From positions 1 to 48,090 of IMG/VR virus record IMGVR_UViG_3300020403_000020: a DNA stretch of 48,090 nucleotides; one strand, 5' to 3'. This document shows, piece by piece, positions 33,108 through 43,578 of this stretch (positions are counted from its first letter, which is position 1; the number at the start of each line of letters is the position of its first letter). The stretch is from a virus. Lineage: Duplodnaviria > Caudoviricetes. The notes beneath the pieces were generated by a model, which saw only the letters and a list, made by a program, of their open reading frames with translations, made no database searches and was not told the origin of the DNA. The position numbers were made by a program, and so were the translations under genes.

Positions 33108-34529
33108 ATGGCTGGGAAATCCACCCAAATCTACAGCGTCCAAATCGGTGAGGCTATCACCGCGGGCGGAGATAAAGACGACAACTTTCTGCCCGACCCA
33201 ACGTCGGCGGGCGTGTCATTCAGTGGAATGGCAACAACAACGGCAACGGTAGACGCATTTGCAGGTGATGAGGCGTTCCATCTTGAAGACCAGGGGCGAC
33301 GCACACCAGGCGAGAACAAACCCGCAGCTATTGGCATCATCAATGGTAGCGGCTCTACTAAGTACGGAGCGGCTCAGGGTGAGTTCATCCGCGCAATGTA
33401 TCCTGACGAGATTTCACTTAGCCATAGACTGAGAACGGCAAACGGTGCAGACCCCGACAGCGTAGCATTCGGCAAGGTTCTAAACTCCTCCATGGGGCTT
33501 TACAAGCCAACTGCGGCAACTGTGACATGTGCAGACGATGGCGCAAATGAGGGTCAGTTCATCATCGCCAACGGTGACAACACAAAGGTCATCCTTGGGG
33601 CACCCGTTCGCGTGTATCACAAGGCAGCAGGGCAAGACACGTTCAATCATGAGTATGCAGTGGTGACCAGCAAGAGCGTAGGCGGAACTAATACAACGTA
33701 CACGGTGCACCCAAAGTTTGAGCACATTCCGCAGAACGGCGACGTGATCCAGCTTTGTTATGCTTTTTACCCCGTGATTGGTGACGCATCCACCGACTCG
33801 AATCTATCAAACGACATTCATGCGCAATTCGACATGGGCGGCACTGGTAGCACGGCAACAGTTCGACGGCTGGCAAGCGGCTGCCGTTGTTCTGGCTTTT
33901 CAATCACCAACGACAACAGCGGGGCGAGCCTTTCCATGAGCTTGCGCCCAATGGTTATGCTTCAGGATGACGCAAACGCAAGCACAGCAACGACGTCCGA
34001 GCCAGCTGGCAAGCTCTTGCAGCACCGCTATGGTTGCCGCGTTGATTTGGCTGCAAGTCACGCGGGCATCGCGTCTGGCACGGCGGCAAGCGAAGCGCGC
34101 GCCTATCTGCCAAACTTTGATCACAGCATCGAGGTTTCATTTGAGACGGCGCCAGATGCACCAGAGACACGCGGAGTCATTCGGGGCGGCAAGCACTTGA
34201 TCCATAATGCAACGTGCCAGGTGAGCATCACAACCGAGAACAATGAAGACCTCCAGAGGCTCATCGCAAAGGACGAAGTGCGCACGCTGATTCTTGGGTT
34301 TGGCCCTGGCGGACATGGCACCACTAACGCCAACGGTGCCGCCTTCATTCTGAAAAATGCCAGCCGTGCAGACGGCAGCGCGAATCCGTCAGCGGGTGAC
34401 CAGTCACGTATTCAGCAGGTGACGACATTGCGAGCGGTTGCAGACTTCAATACATTCGCAGGCTCGCCAACAGGCTCAGAGCTTAACTTGGCAAGCGCTC
34501 CTTTTATCTTGGCTTTTCCGAAGTCCTGA
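33108..34529 (+). CDS. Major tail (tube) protein, large
   Basis: Strong AAGGAG RBS; precedes chaperone and tape measure; ASGCRCSGFSIT-type tube motif. Confidence 0.65.
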   Translation: MAGKSTQIYSVQIGEAITAGGDKDDNFLPDPTSAGVSFSGMATTTATVDAFAGDEAFHLEDQGRRTPGENKPAAIGIINGSGSTKYGAAQGEFIRAMYPDEISLSHRLRTANGADPDSVAFGKVLNSSMGLYKPTAATVTCADDGANEGQFIIANGDNTKVILGAPVRVYHKAAGQDTFNHEYAVVTSKSVGGTNTTYTVHPKFEHIPQNGDVIQLCYAFYPVIGDASTDSNLSNDIHAQFDMGGTGSTATVRRLASGCRCSGFSITNDNSGASLSMSLRPMVMLQDDANASTATTSEPAGKLLQHRYGCRVDLAASHAGIASGTAASEARAYLPNFDHSIEVSFETAPDAPETRGVIRGGKHLIHNATCQVSITTENNEDLQRLIAKDEVRTLILGFGPGGHGTTNANGAAFILKNASRADGSANPSAGDQSRIQQVTTLRAVADFNTFAGSPTGSELNLASAPFILAFPKS

Positions 34530-34543
34530 TATAGTTTCGGACT

Positions 34544-35479
34544 ATGCTCCGAAAATTAACCCACACCAATGAACCTCTTAGGCTTCCACTGTTAGCAGAC
34601 AGCGCGACAGTGGAGGCCCAGTTTCAGCACGCTCGCGAGTGTGTAGCAAAGGACCTGGACAAAGAGCCCTCGGACAGTTTTGCCAGCGAAATACTGAGGC
34701 TTGTGAAAGCAACGGTAGGCGACTCTCAGGCGCTCCACGCCCTCAAGGGCATGGAAATGGCAGCCGAGACACTGATAGAGAAGCAGGTGCGCCCGAAGCA
34801 GATCATGCGCGCACTGAAAAACCTGCGTGATACAATGTCTAGACACGAATCACGCGAAGCGTTGGCCTATGTGAGATCGCAGCTTGCTATGCAAAGATAT
34901 AGAGAGACAAGCGACACGTCGGACCTGTTGGTGCCAGAGCCTGAAGACGCTTCATTCATAACCGTAAGAGCACTCACAAGCGACGAGCGCAGAGCAGCAG
35001 AGCGAAGGGCGGGACAAAAGCCAAAACACGGCGCTCTTTTGGCTTCTCGTGCCTTTGATGTAATGAGAAGAGAGTCGAGAGAAGGTGGCGACGGAAACAG
35101 CGCTTATACTGAGTTTCTCAGCTCGCTAACAATCGAACAGCAATCGCAGATTCAGGACTTTGAAGAGTGGAGCTCAAAAGTTGAAAGAGAGGTTTGCAGA
35201 GCAGGCATTATTTCAATTGATGGTTTCGACATCGTAAGTGAGGGCGGGTTTTACAATGTCTCCCAGTTTCTTGAAGAGTGCTTGGAGGGTGATGACGTCA
35301 TTAGCGAAGCATCACGACACATAAGGAACATTGCCAGCCTGGGAAAATCGGAGAGCTTGCCGCAGTCCTCGCAGTCTGGCACAGACGAACGAGAAGACGG
35401 GGCACCAGCGTCGGAGATGGCTGGCAGTGCGCCCAATGCGTCCACGGCGGACGACAGCAGCCAATCGAGGGAGAGTTAG
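34544..35479 (+). CDS. Tail assembly chaperone (gpG-like)
   Basis: Lies between tail tube and tape measure; slippery G GGA AAA at 35341-35347. Confidence 0.7.
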   Translation: MLRKLTHTNEPLRLPLLADSATVEAQFQHARECVAKDLDKEPSDSFASEILRLVKATVGDSQALHALKGMEMAAETLIEKQVRPKQIMRALKNLRDTMSRHESREALAYVRSQLAMQRYRETSDTSDLLVPEPEDASFITVRALTSDERRAAERRAGQKPKHGALLASRAFDVMRRESREGGDGNSAYTEFLSSLTIEQQSQIQDFEEWSSKVEREVCRAGIISIDGFDIVSEGGFYNVSQFLEECLEGDDVISEASRHIRNIASLGKSESLPQSSQSGTDEREDGAPASEMAGSAPNASTADDSSQSRES

Positions 35480-35907
35480 AGCGCCGCGGACACTGCGGTG
35501 GTTTTTTCGATCCAAGTCTTGACGGTGCAGTGGTCCGAAAGGGCTGGTGCCAATGGCGTGCAGGTTTTTTTGATTTGCCGCCCGTAATGTCGCTCGAAGA
35601 TATTCTTGGCGGCGGCATGCCTTCCGATGTTATCAACCGTTTTCATAGTGAACCCGATGAGATGGGAATCATTGACTGGCACGAGATTGACCGATGCCCG
35701 TTGTCTCTAGTCGATAACCGCTCCCCTTATTATGACCCCCAGTGGCTTTCGGAAGTCCTAGAATCAGTCAGCGCTCTGAATATGAAAGCCCCGCATTCGT
35801 GGATTCCTTCAAATCCTTCCGCCGCTTTCCGAGACGCCCTTGTCATGATAAAATCAGAGCAAGAGCACGCAAGTGCGTATCGCACTAAAAACTCAGAGGA
35901 ATGGTGA
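35341..35907 (+). CDS. -1 frameshift extension of the tail chaperone (gpGT-like)
   Basis: The -1 frame is open from the slippery site at 35341 through the listed ORF 35530..35907 (GKIGELAAVLAVW...WQCAQC...). Confidence 0.75.
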   Translation, partial: GKIGELAAVLAVWHRRTRRRGTSVGDGWQCAQCVHGGRQQPIEGELERRGHCGGFFDPSLDGAVVRKGWCQWRAGFFDLPPVMSLEDILGGGMPSDVINRFHSEPDEMGIIDWHEIDRCPLSLVDNRSPYYDPQWLSEVLESVSALNMKAPHSWIPSNPSAAFRDALVMIKSEQEHASAYRTKNSEEW

Positions 35908-35910
35908 ACG

Positions 35911-38900
35911 ATGGCCCTGAACAGAATTTCAACGGAAATAATCGGCATCAAGCTAGAGGGTGCTCAAGAGGCCGAGCGACAGCTCGACGAATTGCAGGAC
36001 GGCTTAGAGCAGGTAGAGGGATCAACCAGAAACGTTGACAGGGCAACTAGAAACGCGGGGGGCGGGTTTTCTTCGTTCCAGGCAAGCCTGACGACGGCGG
36101 GCGCTGCGATGGCTGGTTTTCAAGCGGCGGCAAGCCTTGCAGCTTCAGCACTTAGCGCAATCAAGGCGCCCATCAATCTTGCATCAGACTTTGAAAGCCA
36201 GTTCGCGCAGGTCAGAACGCTTAACAATGCAATTGGTGACGATTTAAAAAATCAGCTTTTGCAACTGGCTGCCGAGGTGCCGCAGACAGCAGGTGATCTC
36301 ACGTCGGCAACTTATCAAGCGATTAGCGCTGGTGTGGCGCCCACCGACGTGATTGATTTTATGCGCGCGGCTAGTCAAACCGCAATCGCGGCAGGCGGCT
36401 CGCTTACCGAAGCGGTGGAGATTCTGACGGCTGGTGTCAATGCGTTTGGCAATCAGGGCGAAACCGCTGGCAGCATTTCTAACAAGCTGTTTGCGACCGT
36501 CAAGAGGGGCGTAACGACGATCCCAGAGCTGAACGCCGTCTTCGGTCGAGCTGCCGCCGCTGCTTCATCCTACGGCGTGAGTGTTGATGAGGTCCTGGGA
36601 GCCATTGCCCAGCTAACATTGCAAGGTCTGCCAACTACGGAAGCAGTGACGAGAGTCAACGCAGTTTTGAAGGAGCTTTCAAGCGAATCAAGCACCGCGG
36701 GCAAAAAGTTAAAGGCTATGGGTGTAGAGGTTGGGGTCACAGCTCTGCAACAAAAGGGTCTGCTCGGCGTTTTGGAAGAGGTCAACAAGGCCACAGATGG
36801 CTCCGCAGACGCAATTTCACGTCTTTCAAACAGGCAGGAGGCAGTACAAGGCTTGTTGAAGTTGACGGGTCAAAACATGAGTGCGTTTTCGGGCATTGTG
36901 CAGGGTATCACAACCGACACAACCGCCGCGGCGGAGGCTACACAAATCATGGCCGATACGACGGCTGGGTCTAATGCCCTTTTTGAAGCAGCTGCGGAGG
37001 GTGCTCTTCGAGAGTTGGGTAACGAGCTGCTTCCTGCCTTCACCGATCTTTTGAAAAGCATCACGAAACAGCTTGGGTCACAAGGCGCATCTGGCGGCAT
37101 TCAGGTTTTCGGAAAAGCGCTTTCTGGTATCATAAAACTGGTGGATCTGTTTGTGCAAAACGTTGGAAAGATTGCCATAGCTCTAACGGCCGCTTTTGGG
37201 GCTCGGTATTCTACTGCCTTCATCGCTGGACTTGCAAAAATGCGGGCGGCAACGATTGCGTTTCATTCAAATTTTACAACAATGGCCGCAGCTGCGGGTA
37301 CGAACGCGGGGCGTGCCTACGCGGGTCTTTTTCTGGCAGGCGCCAAAAGTATTTTGCTTGGGCCCGTCGGGATTGGGCTTGGTGTTTTGTTTGGCGGTAT
37401 GCTTTTAGATTCATTCAATGAAGCAAACGAAGAAGCAGAGAAAAGATCACGCGAAAGAGCTGAAAGCAAAGCGTCAGAAGATCTTGCTGTTTTTGTTGAA
37501 AGCAACGAGATCAACATGAAAGCAATCGAGGAACGTCTTAAAACAGGACAGCGTGAAAGGCTTTTGAATCAGGTTCTGTTGTTACAACGCGAGGCTATCA
37601 CCGAAAACGACAGAATGCGCATAGAGTCGCTCGGCAGAATCGCAACTTTTCTCAACCTTACCAGTGGGCAGCAAATTAACTTCAATAAATTATTTTTTGA
37701 AAACGCAGGCTTTGCGAAAGACCTTCTGGTGGTAATGAACGATCTGCCACCAGCTGCGGAAAATGTAGGCGACAGTTTTGAGAACGCCGTGGCCAGCGCA
37801 GGCAGTATCGAGGAAAAGATTGCGCGCGTGCAGGCCGAAATTGAACGATTGACGAACGCGCAGGATGCCGACGCGCAGGCGACAGCAAACAGAATTGGGC
37901 TCTCTGCGGACCTTGAAGCCGCCGTGGATAAAGAAATGCGCAAGTTTGAAGAGATGACCACAAAGCGCGAGCGCGCGATAGCGGCAACGGAACAAGCTGC
38001 GCAGGGATACGGAAGCTCCACTCAGGCAGCAGTGGTCGCCACTTTGGATTTTTTTGGTGCCTTCGATACGAACGCTGACGTTCTAGACGAGCAGGTCGCA
38101 AAAATAGAAAATGCCAGGCTATCACAGCATCAACACACGCTTGCGACGGCGGAAGCGCGAGCAGAAGAAGAAGCACGCGGCGCAACAATTCAAACGCTAC
38201 AAACCAGAGTAGGAAACCTGCAAGGCGCCCAGGCTTTAGCAGCAAAAATCGAGGCAGATTATAAACAAGCGGTAGACAATTCAACAACCGCACTTGAAAA
38301 GCGCCTCGCAGAGCTGAAGAAGAACACCGACGAACAGATCAACTTTTTCGCGGCGATTGGTGCGACCGATGTCATTGAAAAGTTAAAGGCGGTCTTTAAA
38401 TTTCGTGTAGAGCAAGCAAAGAAGCAAGACAAAGAGGAAAAGAGAGCTTTCCGTGCAGGCGTATCTCGTGCAAATGCCCTTGCGTCTCGAAATGAGAGCG
38501 CCCTGAAGAGGCTTGGCAAAATGCGGGATAGGCTCGCCGTTGATCAACAAAAGAATGACAACAAACAGATGGACCGTCTAAATAAGTTTGCCGAGACGGA
38601 AATAAATCATGAGAAGGAGCTAACCTTAGCGAGACAAAGGGCAGCCGCAGAATCTTTGGATTTAAACCCCCTGCAAGTGGTCGAAATGCGGATTGCCGCT
38701 GAGAAGAAATTTTATGATCGGCAAAAACAGTTCCAGTTGGGTGCGATAGAGGAGGAGCTTCAAGGGAGAGAGAAACTGGAGCGACTTCGGCTAGAGCAGG
38801 AAGAGAAAAAGATCCGAGCAATGAAGATTGATAAAAAGAATCAAGACCTTCTCATAGGACAGGCGCAGATTGCTCATAAAGAAAAGCTAAAACAGTTGAA

Positions 38901-39789
38901 AGAAGAGGCAAACGAAAAAAGGGTTTTGCTTGAGACTGATGCTCGAAGGGCTGAAGAAAGCCGACTGCTGAGTGATTCAGAAGACCGCAAAGCGGCGCAG
39001 GAGGAGCTGAACAAGCTCGCTGCGGAGCGCACAGCTTTTATAAATGAGATGCTTGCTACGGACGAAATGGATCGGCTGGCGCGATTCGATGCAGAAACCG
39101 CAAGGCTTCGACAAGAGTATGAGCAAGAGGTGTTTTTCACAACTGCGACACAGGAAGAGAAGGCAAACATTGAGGCGGTGTTTTTGCAAGCACGCAGAAA
39201 GCTCCGCGAGAAGGAAGCAAAAGAGGTAAAAAGGATTGAGCAAAAGCAGCTCATGTCTGCAATCACTGCCTCCGAGCAAGCAATTGGCACCATTGCTTCA
39301 ATCGCGGATAATTTGGGGCGAAGCGATTCTTTTGTCGGCAAGATTGAGGCGGCCCAGATTATCGCGAAGGGTGTGTATCATGGGTTCCAGGGTGCAAGTG
39401 ATCAAGCCGACGCATTGTCACATTTCCAAAAAGGTAACATTGCGGGCGGTGTTGCGGCACAAGCGGCAGCAATTGCGCACTTTGCCCAGGCAGCCGCAGC
39501 GCCTGTTTTTGCAAGACGTGCTGCAACGAGACAAAACGCGGGCGGCGGTGCAGCTTATGGCGGTGGTGGCGTTTCTTCTCCTTCTAGGGGTCCGAGATCT
39601 ACGGCATTTGATAGACAGGTGGAAGAGCGTACACAGCAGCAGGGGATAACGTTTGGTGATATTGTTTTGGCAGACATTCCCGCGCTGCTTAGTAGACAGG
39701 GCGCACAAGCGCTTGGTCGTCAGGTTGCGGGAAGTGTTGCGCGTGAATTAAGCCGCCAGCGAGCTTTGCCGAATGGAGCACGAATCTAA
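35911..39789 (+). CDS. Tape measure protein (TP901-like core)
   Basis: 1292 aa, Ala-rich helical; ASDFESQFAQVRT...YQAISAG...GVTTIPEL core. Confidence 0.92.
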   Translation: MALNRISTEIIGIKLEGAQEAERQLDELQDGLEQVEGSTRNVDRATRNAGGGFSSFQASLTTAGAAMAGFQAAASLAASALSAIKAPINLASDFESQFAQVRTLNNAIGDDLKNQLLQLAAEVPQTAGDLTSATYQAISAGVAPTDVIDFMRAASQTAIAAGGSLTEAVEILTAGVNAFGNQGETAGSISNKLFATVKRGVTTIPELNAVFGRAAAAASSYGVSVDEVLGAIAQLTLQGLPTTEAVTRVNAVLKELSSESSTAGKKLKAMGVEVGVTALQQKGLLGVLEEVNKATDGSADAISRLSNRQEAVQGLLKLTGQNMSAFSGIVQGITTDTTAAAEATQIMADTTAGSNALFEAAAEGALRELGNELLPAFTDLLKSITKQLGSQGASGGIQVFGKALSGIIKLVDLFVQNVGKIAIALTAAFGARYSTAFIAGLAKMRAATIAFHSNFTTMAAAAGTNAGRAYAGLFLAGAKSILLGPVGIGLGVLFGGMLLDSFNEANEEAEKRSRERAESKASEDLAVFVESNEINMKAIEERLKTGQRERLLNQVLLLQREAITENDRMRIESLGRIATFLNLTSGQQINFNKLFFENAGFAKDLLVVMNDLPPAAENVGDSFENAVASAGSIEEKIARVQAEIERLTNAQDADAQATANRIGLSADLEAAVDKEMRKFEEMTTKRERAIAATEQAAQGYGSSTQAAVVATLDFFGAFDTNADVLDEQVAKIENARLSQHQHTLATAEARAEEEARGATIQTLQTRVGNLQGAQALAAKIEADYKQAVDNSTTALEKRLAELKKNTDEQINFFAAIGATDVIEKLKAVFKFRVEQAKKQDKEEKRAFRAGVSRANALASRNESALKRLGKMRDRLAVDQQKNDNKQMDRLNKFAETEINHEKELTLARQRAAAESLDLNPLQVVEMRIAAEKKFYDRQKQFQLGAIEEELQGREKLERLRLEQEEKKIRAMKIDKKNQDLLIGQAQIAHKEKLKQLKEEANEKRVLLETDARRAEESRLLSDSEDRKAAQEELNKLAAERTAFINEMLATDEMDRLARFDAETARLRQEYEQEVFFTTATQEEKANIEAVFLQARRKLREKEAKEVKRIEQKQLMSAITASEQAIGTIASIADNLGRSDSFVGKIEAAQIIAKGVYHGFQGASDQADALSHFQKGNIAGGVAAQAAAIAHFAQAAAAPVFARRAATRQNAGGGAAYGGGGVSSPSRGPRSTAFDRQVEERTQQQGITFGDIVLADIPALLSRQGAQALGRQVAGSVARELSRQRALPNGARI

Positions 39790-41351
39790 TGACACACAAA
39801 ATTAAAAAGCCCGAAATCGCCATCTTGGGAGAATTTGATGGCACTCCTTATGTGGGAACTCTTTGGACAAGAAACAGCAACGCGGTGACGGGTGTTGTAA
39901 TGACGGACAGCGTGCCGCACTTTGACATCATCGCTTATTTGAACGGGTATGGAACTCGAAGCGGTAAGGATTTGAAGGCTCTAGTTTCTGCCAGCAAGCC
40001 GTCAGGGTTCACGAGCCTCACTTGTGGCATTGATTCTGACAACAAGTTTTTTTTGGAGGGTTCGCATACTTTCGGGCTGGCAACGACGGGCACGAATCCT
40101 AATGCAAGTAGGGACATGTTTGGATTTACTGGTTCGGAGTCCGTGACAGGCTCTGGTCCTTATCGCTTAACCGCTTCTGGAAGATGGAAGCGCGGAGTAT
40201 TCCAAACCGACTTTGACACCGTTGGCGGTCTCAAGATTGCCGAGACGGGTACGGCCACGATGACGATGTTTTTTTCGTCACAGGATTCTGGCCCTGCTTC
40301 TGGTCAGGTAACAATCACATTTGGCGGCTTTTCGGGGGGAGATATTAACGACCTACAGGTGGGCGGGACCGTTGAGGCTGTTAGCTCAGGCACCAGCTAC
40401 ACCATAGCAGGGTTTACAACCGACAGCGGCGGAAACCGTGTTGGCGTGATTGTGACCAGCGGGTCGCCCGTAGACGTGGGTCCGTCTTATCAGGCTATCT
40501 ACACCACAGAGACTGTGACCGATGTTGTGCCATCAAACCGACGCGTGCAAAACCTTGTCACATGGTTGAGGCTGCGGAGCTTTGAGAGTGATGCAGATGA
40601 CAACTACAGCAACCTTTGTCTTGAAGACTTTGAAGCTGTGGCAGGAAACACAGAATTAACATACGTGCTTGAAGAAGATGGACGCGTATCTGTGAATTAC
40701 GATTCTTCGCAGACAAACTACGGCACAGTTTCAAGCATTCAAACAGTAGGGCAATCGCTTTTCTTGCGGCTCGGGTTTAACGGCACAGAGACAGAAACGA
40801 CGACGACCACAAATCACAGGCAGATCAGGGCGACAAATCGAGCGCCATGTGTGTTGCCCACGGGTCGTGCATACGTTGAGCTACGCAGAGAGGTGACAGG
40901 CCGTGACGATTATACGATCATGGCGGACGGCTCCACTGTTGCTTCAGGATTATCGCCAATTAGGGGCTGGTTCATCCTCGTAAGGGTTTTCGGTCCTGCC
41001 CATGGATACAGCACCGACCAAGAGAGACACCTGCGCGCCTGGTGGTCTTATGCGCGAAGAGGTCTGACCATCTATCCATCATTCGGTGACCCAGACAACG
41101 CAGGCAAGGGCGGGAACGACACGCGGCGGCATATTGATCTTGTAGGTCTTTATGGCACAACAGGGCGACACACGCTCTTTCAAACCGTTGAGGCAGAGGA
41201 ATCAGCAAACCATCATGGGCGGCGGATTGGCGGTAGGCTGCTCGTGAGAAGACACCCCACAGACCAGCAGGCAAGACGCGAACAATATAGTGGCGACATC
41301 GACATTCACCAAGAAATACGCTTTCGAGTTTTAGACGACCCAAGCAGGTAA
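39789..41351 (+). CDS. Tail protein following the tape measure (distal tail-like)
   Basis: TAATG coupling to the tape measure gene; beta-rich. Confidence 0.6.
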   Translation: MTHKIKKPEIAILGEFDGTPYVGTLWTRNSNAVTGVVMTDSVPHFDIIAYLNGYGTRSGKDLKALVSASKPSGFTSLTCGIDSDNKFFLEGSHTFGLATTGTNPNASRDMFGFTGSESVTGSGPYRLTASGRWKRGVFQTDFDTVGGLKIAETGTATMTMFFSSQDSGPASGQVTITFGGFSGGDINDLQVGGTVEAVSSGTSYTIAGFTTDSGGNRVGVIVTSGSPVDVGPSYQAIYTTETVTDVVPSNRRVQNLVTWLRLRSFESDADDNYSNLCLEDFEAVAGNTELTYVLEEDGRVSVNYDSSQTNYGTVSSIQTVGQSLFLRLGFNGTETETTTTTNHRQIRATNRAPCVLPTGRAYVELRREVTGRDDYTIMADGSTVASGLSPIRGWFILVRVFGPAHGYSTDQERHLRAWWSYARRGLTIYPSFGDPDNAGKGGNDTRRHIDLVGLYGTTGRHTLFQTVEAEESANHHGRRIGGRLLVRRHPTDQQARREQYSGDIDIHQEIRFRVLDDPSR

Positions 41352-41355
41352 AAAA

Positions 41356-42048
41356 ATGAGCAAATCGGAACGAGATTGGAATCTGGCAAAATTAGATGCC
41401 GAAATTTATGAGCGCGATGTTTTAGGCGAGCTGATTAGATGCGGAGCGCGTGCAATACAGGCAAGCGCAGGACTAAAAGTTGACGGGCTAGCAGGACGCG
41501 ACACCATTGACGCAATTGAAAGCATGCTTCAGAAGCCCGTAGAGACACCCCAGGGGCACGATGCGGTGCGCCCGCAGTACCAGGTCCCAATCCCTAGAAG
41601 AAACGCAATAGAAAGCATCTACGGCTCGTTTTCGTATAAGGAGCACCCAGATACACCAGGCGCGATTATTATTGACCCCGATTGGGTGCGAGCAAACATC
41701 AAGCGGCTTACGTTACATACAGGGCAAAAGCTGTGGGTGCACCGCTTGATTGCGTTTGAGCTTGCGGAGCTATATGAAAAAGCCTGCACCGTTTCGGGAT
41801 ACACGCCTGCCAAGATAGCGAGCTGGGTGCCAAGGCATATGCGATGGGACAAGTCACGCAGCCTTTCGCGTCATTCGTGGGGCATTGCTTTCGATATTGA
41901 CTGGCACCTAAACGGCGTCGGCATGACGGACACGCCGCTGCATCGCCACCCAGAATGGGCTGAGACGTTCCGTAGCGCTGGCTGGAATTGTGGGATTGAT
42001 TGGCGGTCTTATAATGACCCCATGCACTTTGAAAGAACCGCCAGGTAG
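41356..42048 (+). CDS. Endolysin: peptidoglycan-binding domain plus M15-family peptidase
   Basis: IQASAGLKVDGLAGRDT (PG binding); R...SRHSWGIAFD and DPMHFE zinc ligands. Confidence 0.88.
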   Translation: MSKSERDWNLAKLDAEIYERDVLGELIRCGARAIQASAGLKVDGLAGRDTIDAIESMLQKPVETPQGHDAVRPQYQVPIPRRNAIESIYGSFSYKEHPDTPGAIIIDPDWVRANIKRLTLHTGQKLWVHRLIAFELAELYEKACTVSGYTPAKIASWVPRHMRWDKSRSLSRHSWGIAFDIDWHLNGVGMTDTPLHRHPEWAETFRSAGWNCGIDWRSYNDPMHFERTAR

Positions 42049-42053
42049 TGAAG

Positions 42054-42653
42054 TCAGGCACTTGGAAACAGATCATATTCAAAATGGTAGAAATCTTGCG
42101 CATAGACCTGCATGATTTTGTCCACTATGTGGGCCGGCGCTTTTGACCAGTCAATCGGAGTGCCGTCTGTCTTTCCCAGATGCACGTCTTTGGAGCTCCG
42201 CGGAAGCCAGCCGCGCATGATGAGCTCATGGTGAATATGTGGAAATCCAACATCGAGCTTCATTACTTCTGCGTCATCGAGAACGAAATCAGCGGCGGGT
42301 CGTATCCTTCTATTGAATGCTGTATAGATTTTCTCTACGGGCATTTCTTCAAAAATGCTGAACATTTCATTTGGTGAAGACGCGCGCTCGTTTTCCCTGA
42401 AGGCGCTTTCAAGCCTGCGCATTGGGTGCCTGACTATTGCGAATGATCTCGGTTCTTTCGTTTCCTTATATTTGATCCTCAGCTCGAAGTATGTGGCATG
42501 CCTTTGATTGTTGCCGAGTAGGTCATAGTCAACACGCCAGCCACCAAGCTCCATCATTTTAATTATGGAACGGCCCGCACATCGTGGGACGTGACAGAAA
42601 AACAGGCGCTCTTCTTTTCCCGTGTGCGGACTATTTCGGTACAGTTCAGGCAT
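42054..42653 (-). CDS. Sulfotransferase family (Sulfotransfer_2-like) protein
   Basis: FFCHVPRCAGRSI (5'-PSB), FAIVRHPMRRLESAF (3'-PB), VYAQDFYHFEY. Confidence 0.85.
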   Translation of the reverse strand: MPELYRNSPHTGKEERLFFCHVPRCAGRSIIKMMELGGWRVDYDLLGNNQRHATYFELRIKYKETKEPRSFAIVRHPMRRLESAFRENERASSPNEMFSIFEEMPVEKIYTAFNRRIRPAADFVLDDAEVMKLDVGFPHIHHELIMRGWLPRSSKDVHLGKTDGTPIDWSKAPAHIVDKIMQVYAQDFYHFEYDLFPSA

Positions 42654-42873
42654 TTCTCATGAAGTTGTCAAGCATATCGATGGCTTTAGAATTGTTGTTT
42701 GCCATTGCTTCCAGGGTGGTCATGCGGTCGCCTATTGCTTCGAGCTGTTGACGACTCTCGTCAATGTACTCCAAGATCATCTTATTTGACATGAAAAGCA
42801 TTTCGCGCAGTTCGGCAACTTCGTCTTTTTGATCTTGAGACGAAGAGTTGAGAAGTTTGGTAAAGTCTACCAC
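42646..42873 (-). CDS. Hypothetical coiled-coil protein
   Basis: Coupled between ssb and the sulfotransferase. Confidence 0.6.
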   Translation of the reverse strand: MVDFTKLLNSSSQDQKDEVAELREMLFMSNKMILEYIDESRQQLEAIGDRMTTLEAMANNNSKAIDMLDNFMRNA

Positions 42874-43268
42874 TACCAGCCACCCTGGAAGTTTTGCTGC
42901 GGCCGTTGCGATTGACGCGGCTGGCTCTGGCTCTGTTCGCCGCCGCTCAAGAATTGAATCGACTTTGCTTTAATGCCTGTTGACTTTCTTTGGTTACCGT
43001 CACGGTCGGTGTACTCATCGGTCTGCAATGAGCCCTCGACGTAAATCTGACGCCCTTTTGATAGGTAGCGGGCACAAGTATCAGCCAACGATCCAAAGGT
43101 CGTTATGTTGTGGAACTCGGTGCGCTCTTGTTTTTGTCCGTTGCGGTCGGTCCAGCTTTCATTGGTTGCAAGCCCCAGACGGGTAATTGTACCCCCGCCC
43201 GTTTCCTTTGCTTCGGGATCACGGGTCAACCGCCCAACTAAAATCACCTTGTTAACGCTTCCACTCAT
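42873..43268 (-). CDS. ssb: Single-stranded DNA-binding protein
   Basis: SVNKVILVGRLTRDPE...LATNESW...TEFHNI...YLSKGRQIYVEGSL. Confidence 0.95.
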   Translation of the reverse strand: MSGSVNKVILVGRLTRDPEAKETGGGTITRLGLATNESWTDRNGQKQERTEFHNITTFGSLADTCARYLSKGRQIYVEGSLQTDEYTDRDGNQRKSTGIKAKSIQFLSGGEQSQSQPRQSQRPQQNFQGGW

Positions 43269-43570
43269 TTCTTTTTTCTCCGTTTCTTCAATAGCTCGGC
43301 ACGCATGGCGCCAAACTCACATTTACCACAAGGCAAACATCGCGCAATCTCAAAATCAATCGGGCTTGCCTCTTCCGCTTCGAGCTTCAAAACAACGGCA
43401 CTGTGTTTCTTATATCTTTCAGCGCACGCTTTTCCGCTCAGAAAAGACATTGACCCAGGCTCTAAAATTTTGCAATAAAAAAAACGCTCGGCCTGTTCTG
43501 GCGTTTTGGGTCGAAGCCTCTTAAAAATGCCGATGCGCTTGATTAGGTCTTGCAAAGAATTGTCAGCCAT
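43265..43570 (-). CDS. Hypothetical protein with Cys motifs
   Basis: FYC...AC...CLPCGKC; ATGA-coupled to ssb. Confidence 0.6.
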   Translation of the reverse strand: MADNSLQDLIKRIGIFKRLRPKTPEQAERFFYCKILEPGSMSFLSGKACAERYKKHSAVVLKLEAEEASPIDFEIARCLPCGKCEFGAMRAELLKKRRKKK

Positions 43571-43578
43571 TGTACTTT

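Noticed and set aside
33108-34529. 473-aa tail protein as a contractile sheath
   Set aside because: No separate small tube gene or baseplate wedge (gpJ/gp25-like) genes were recognised; position fits a large siphovirus tube protein, though this is not proven
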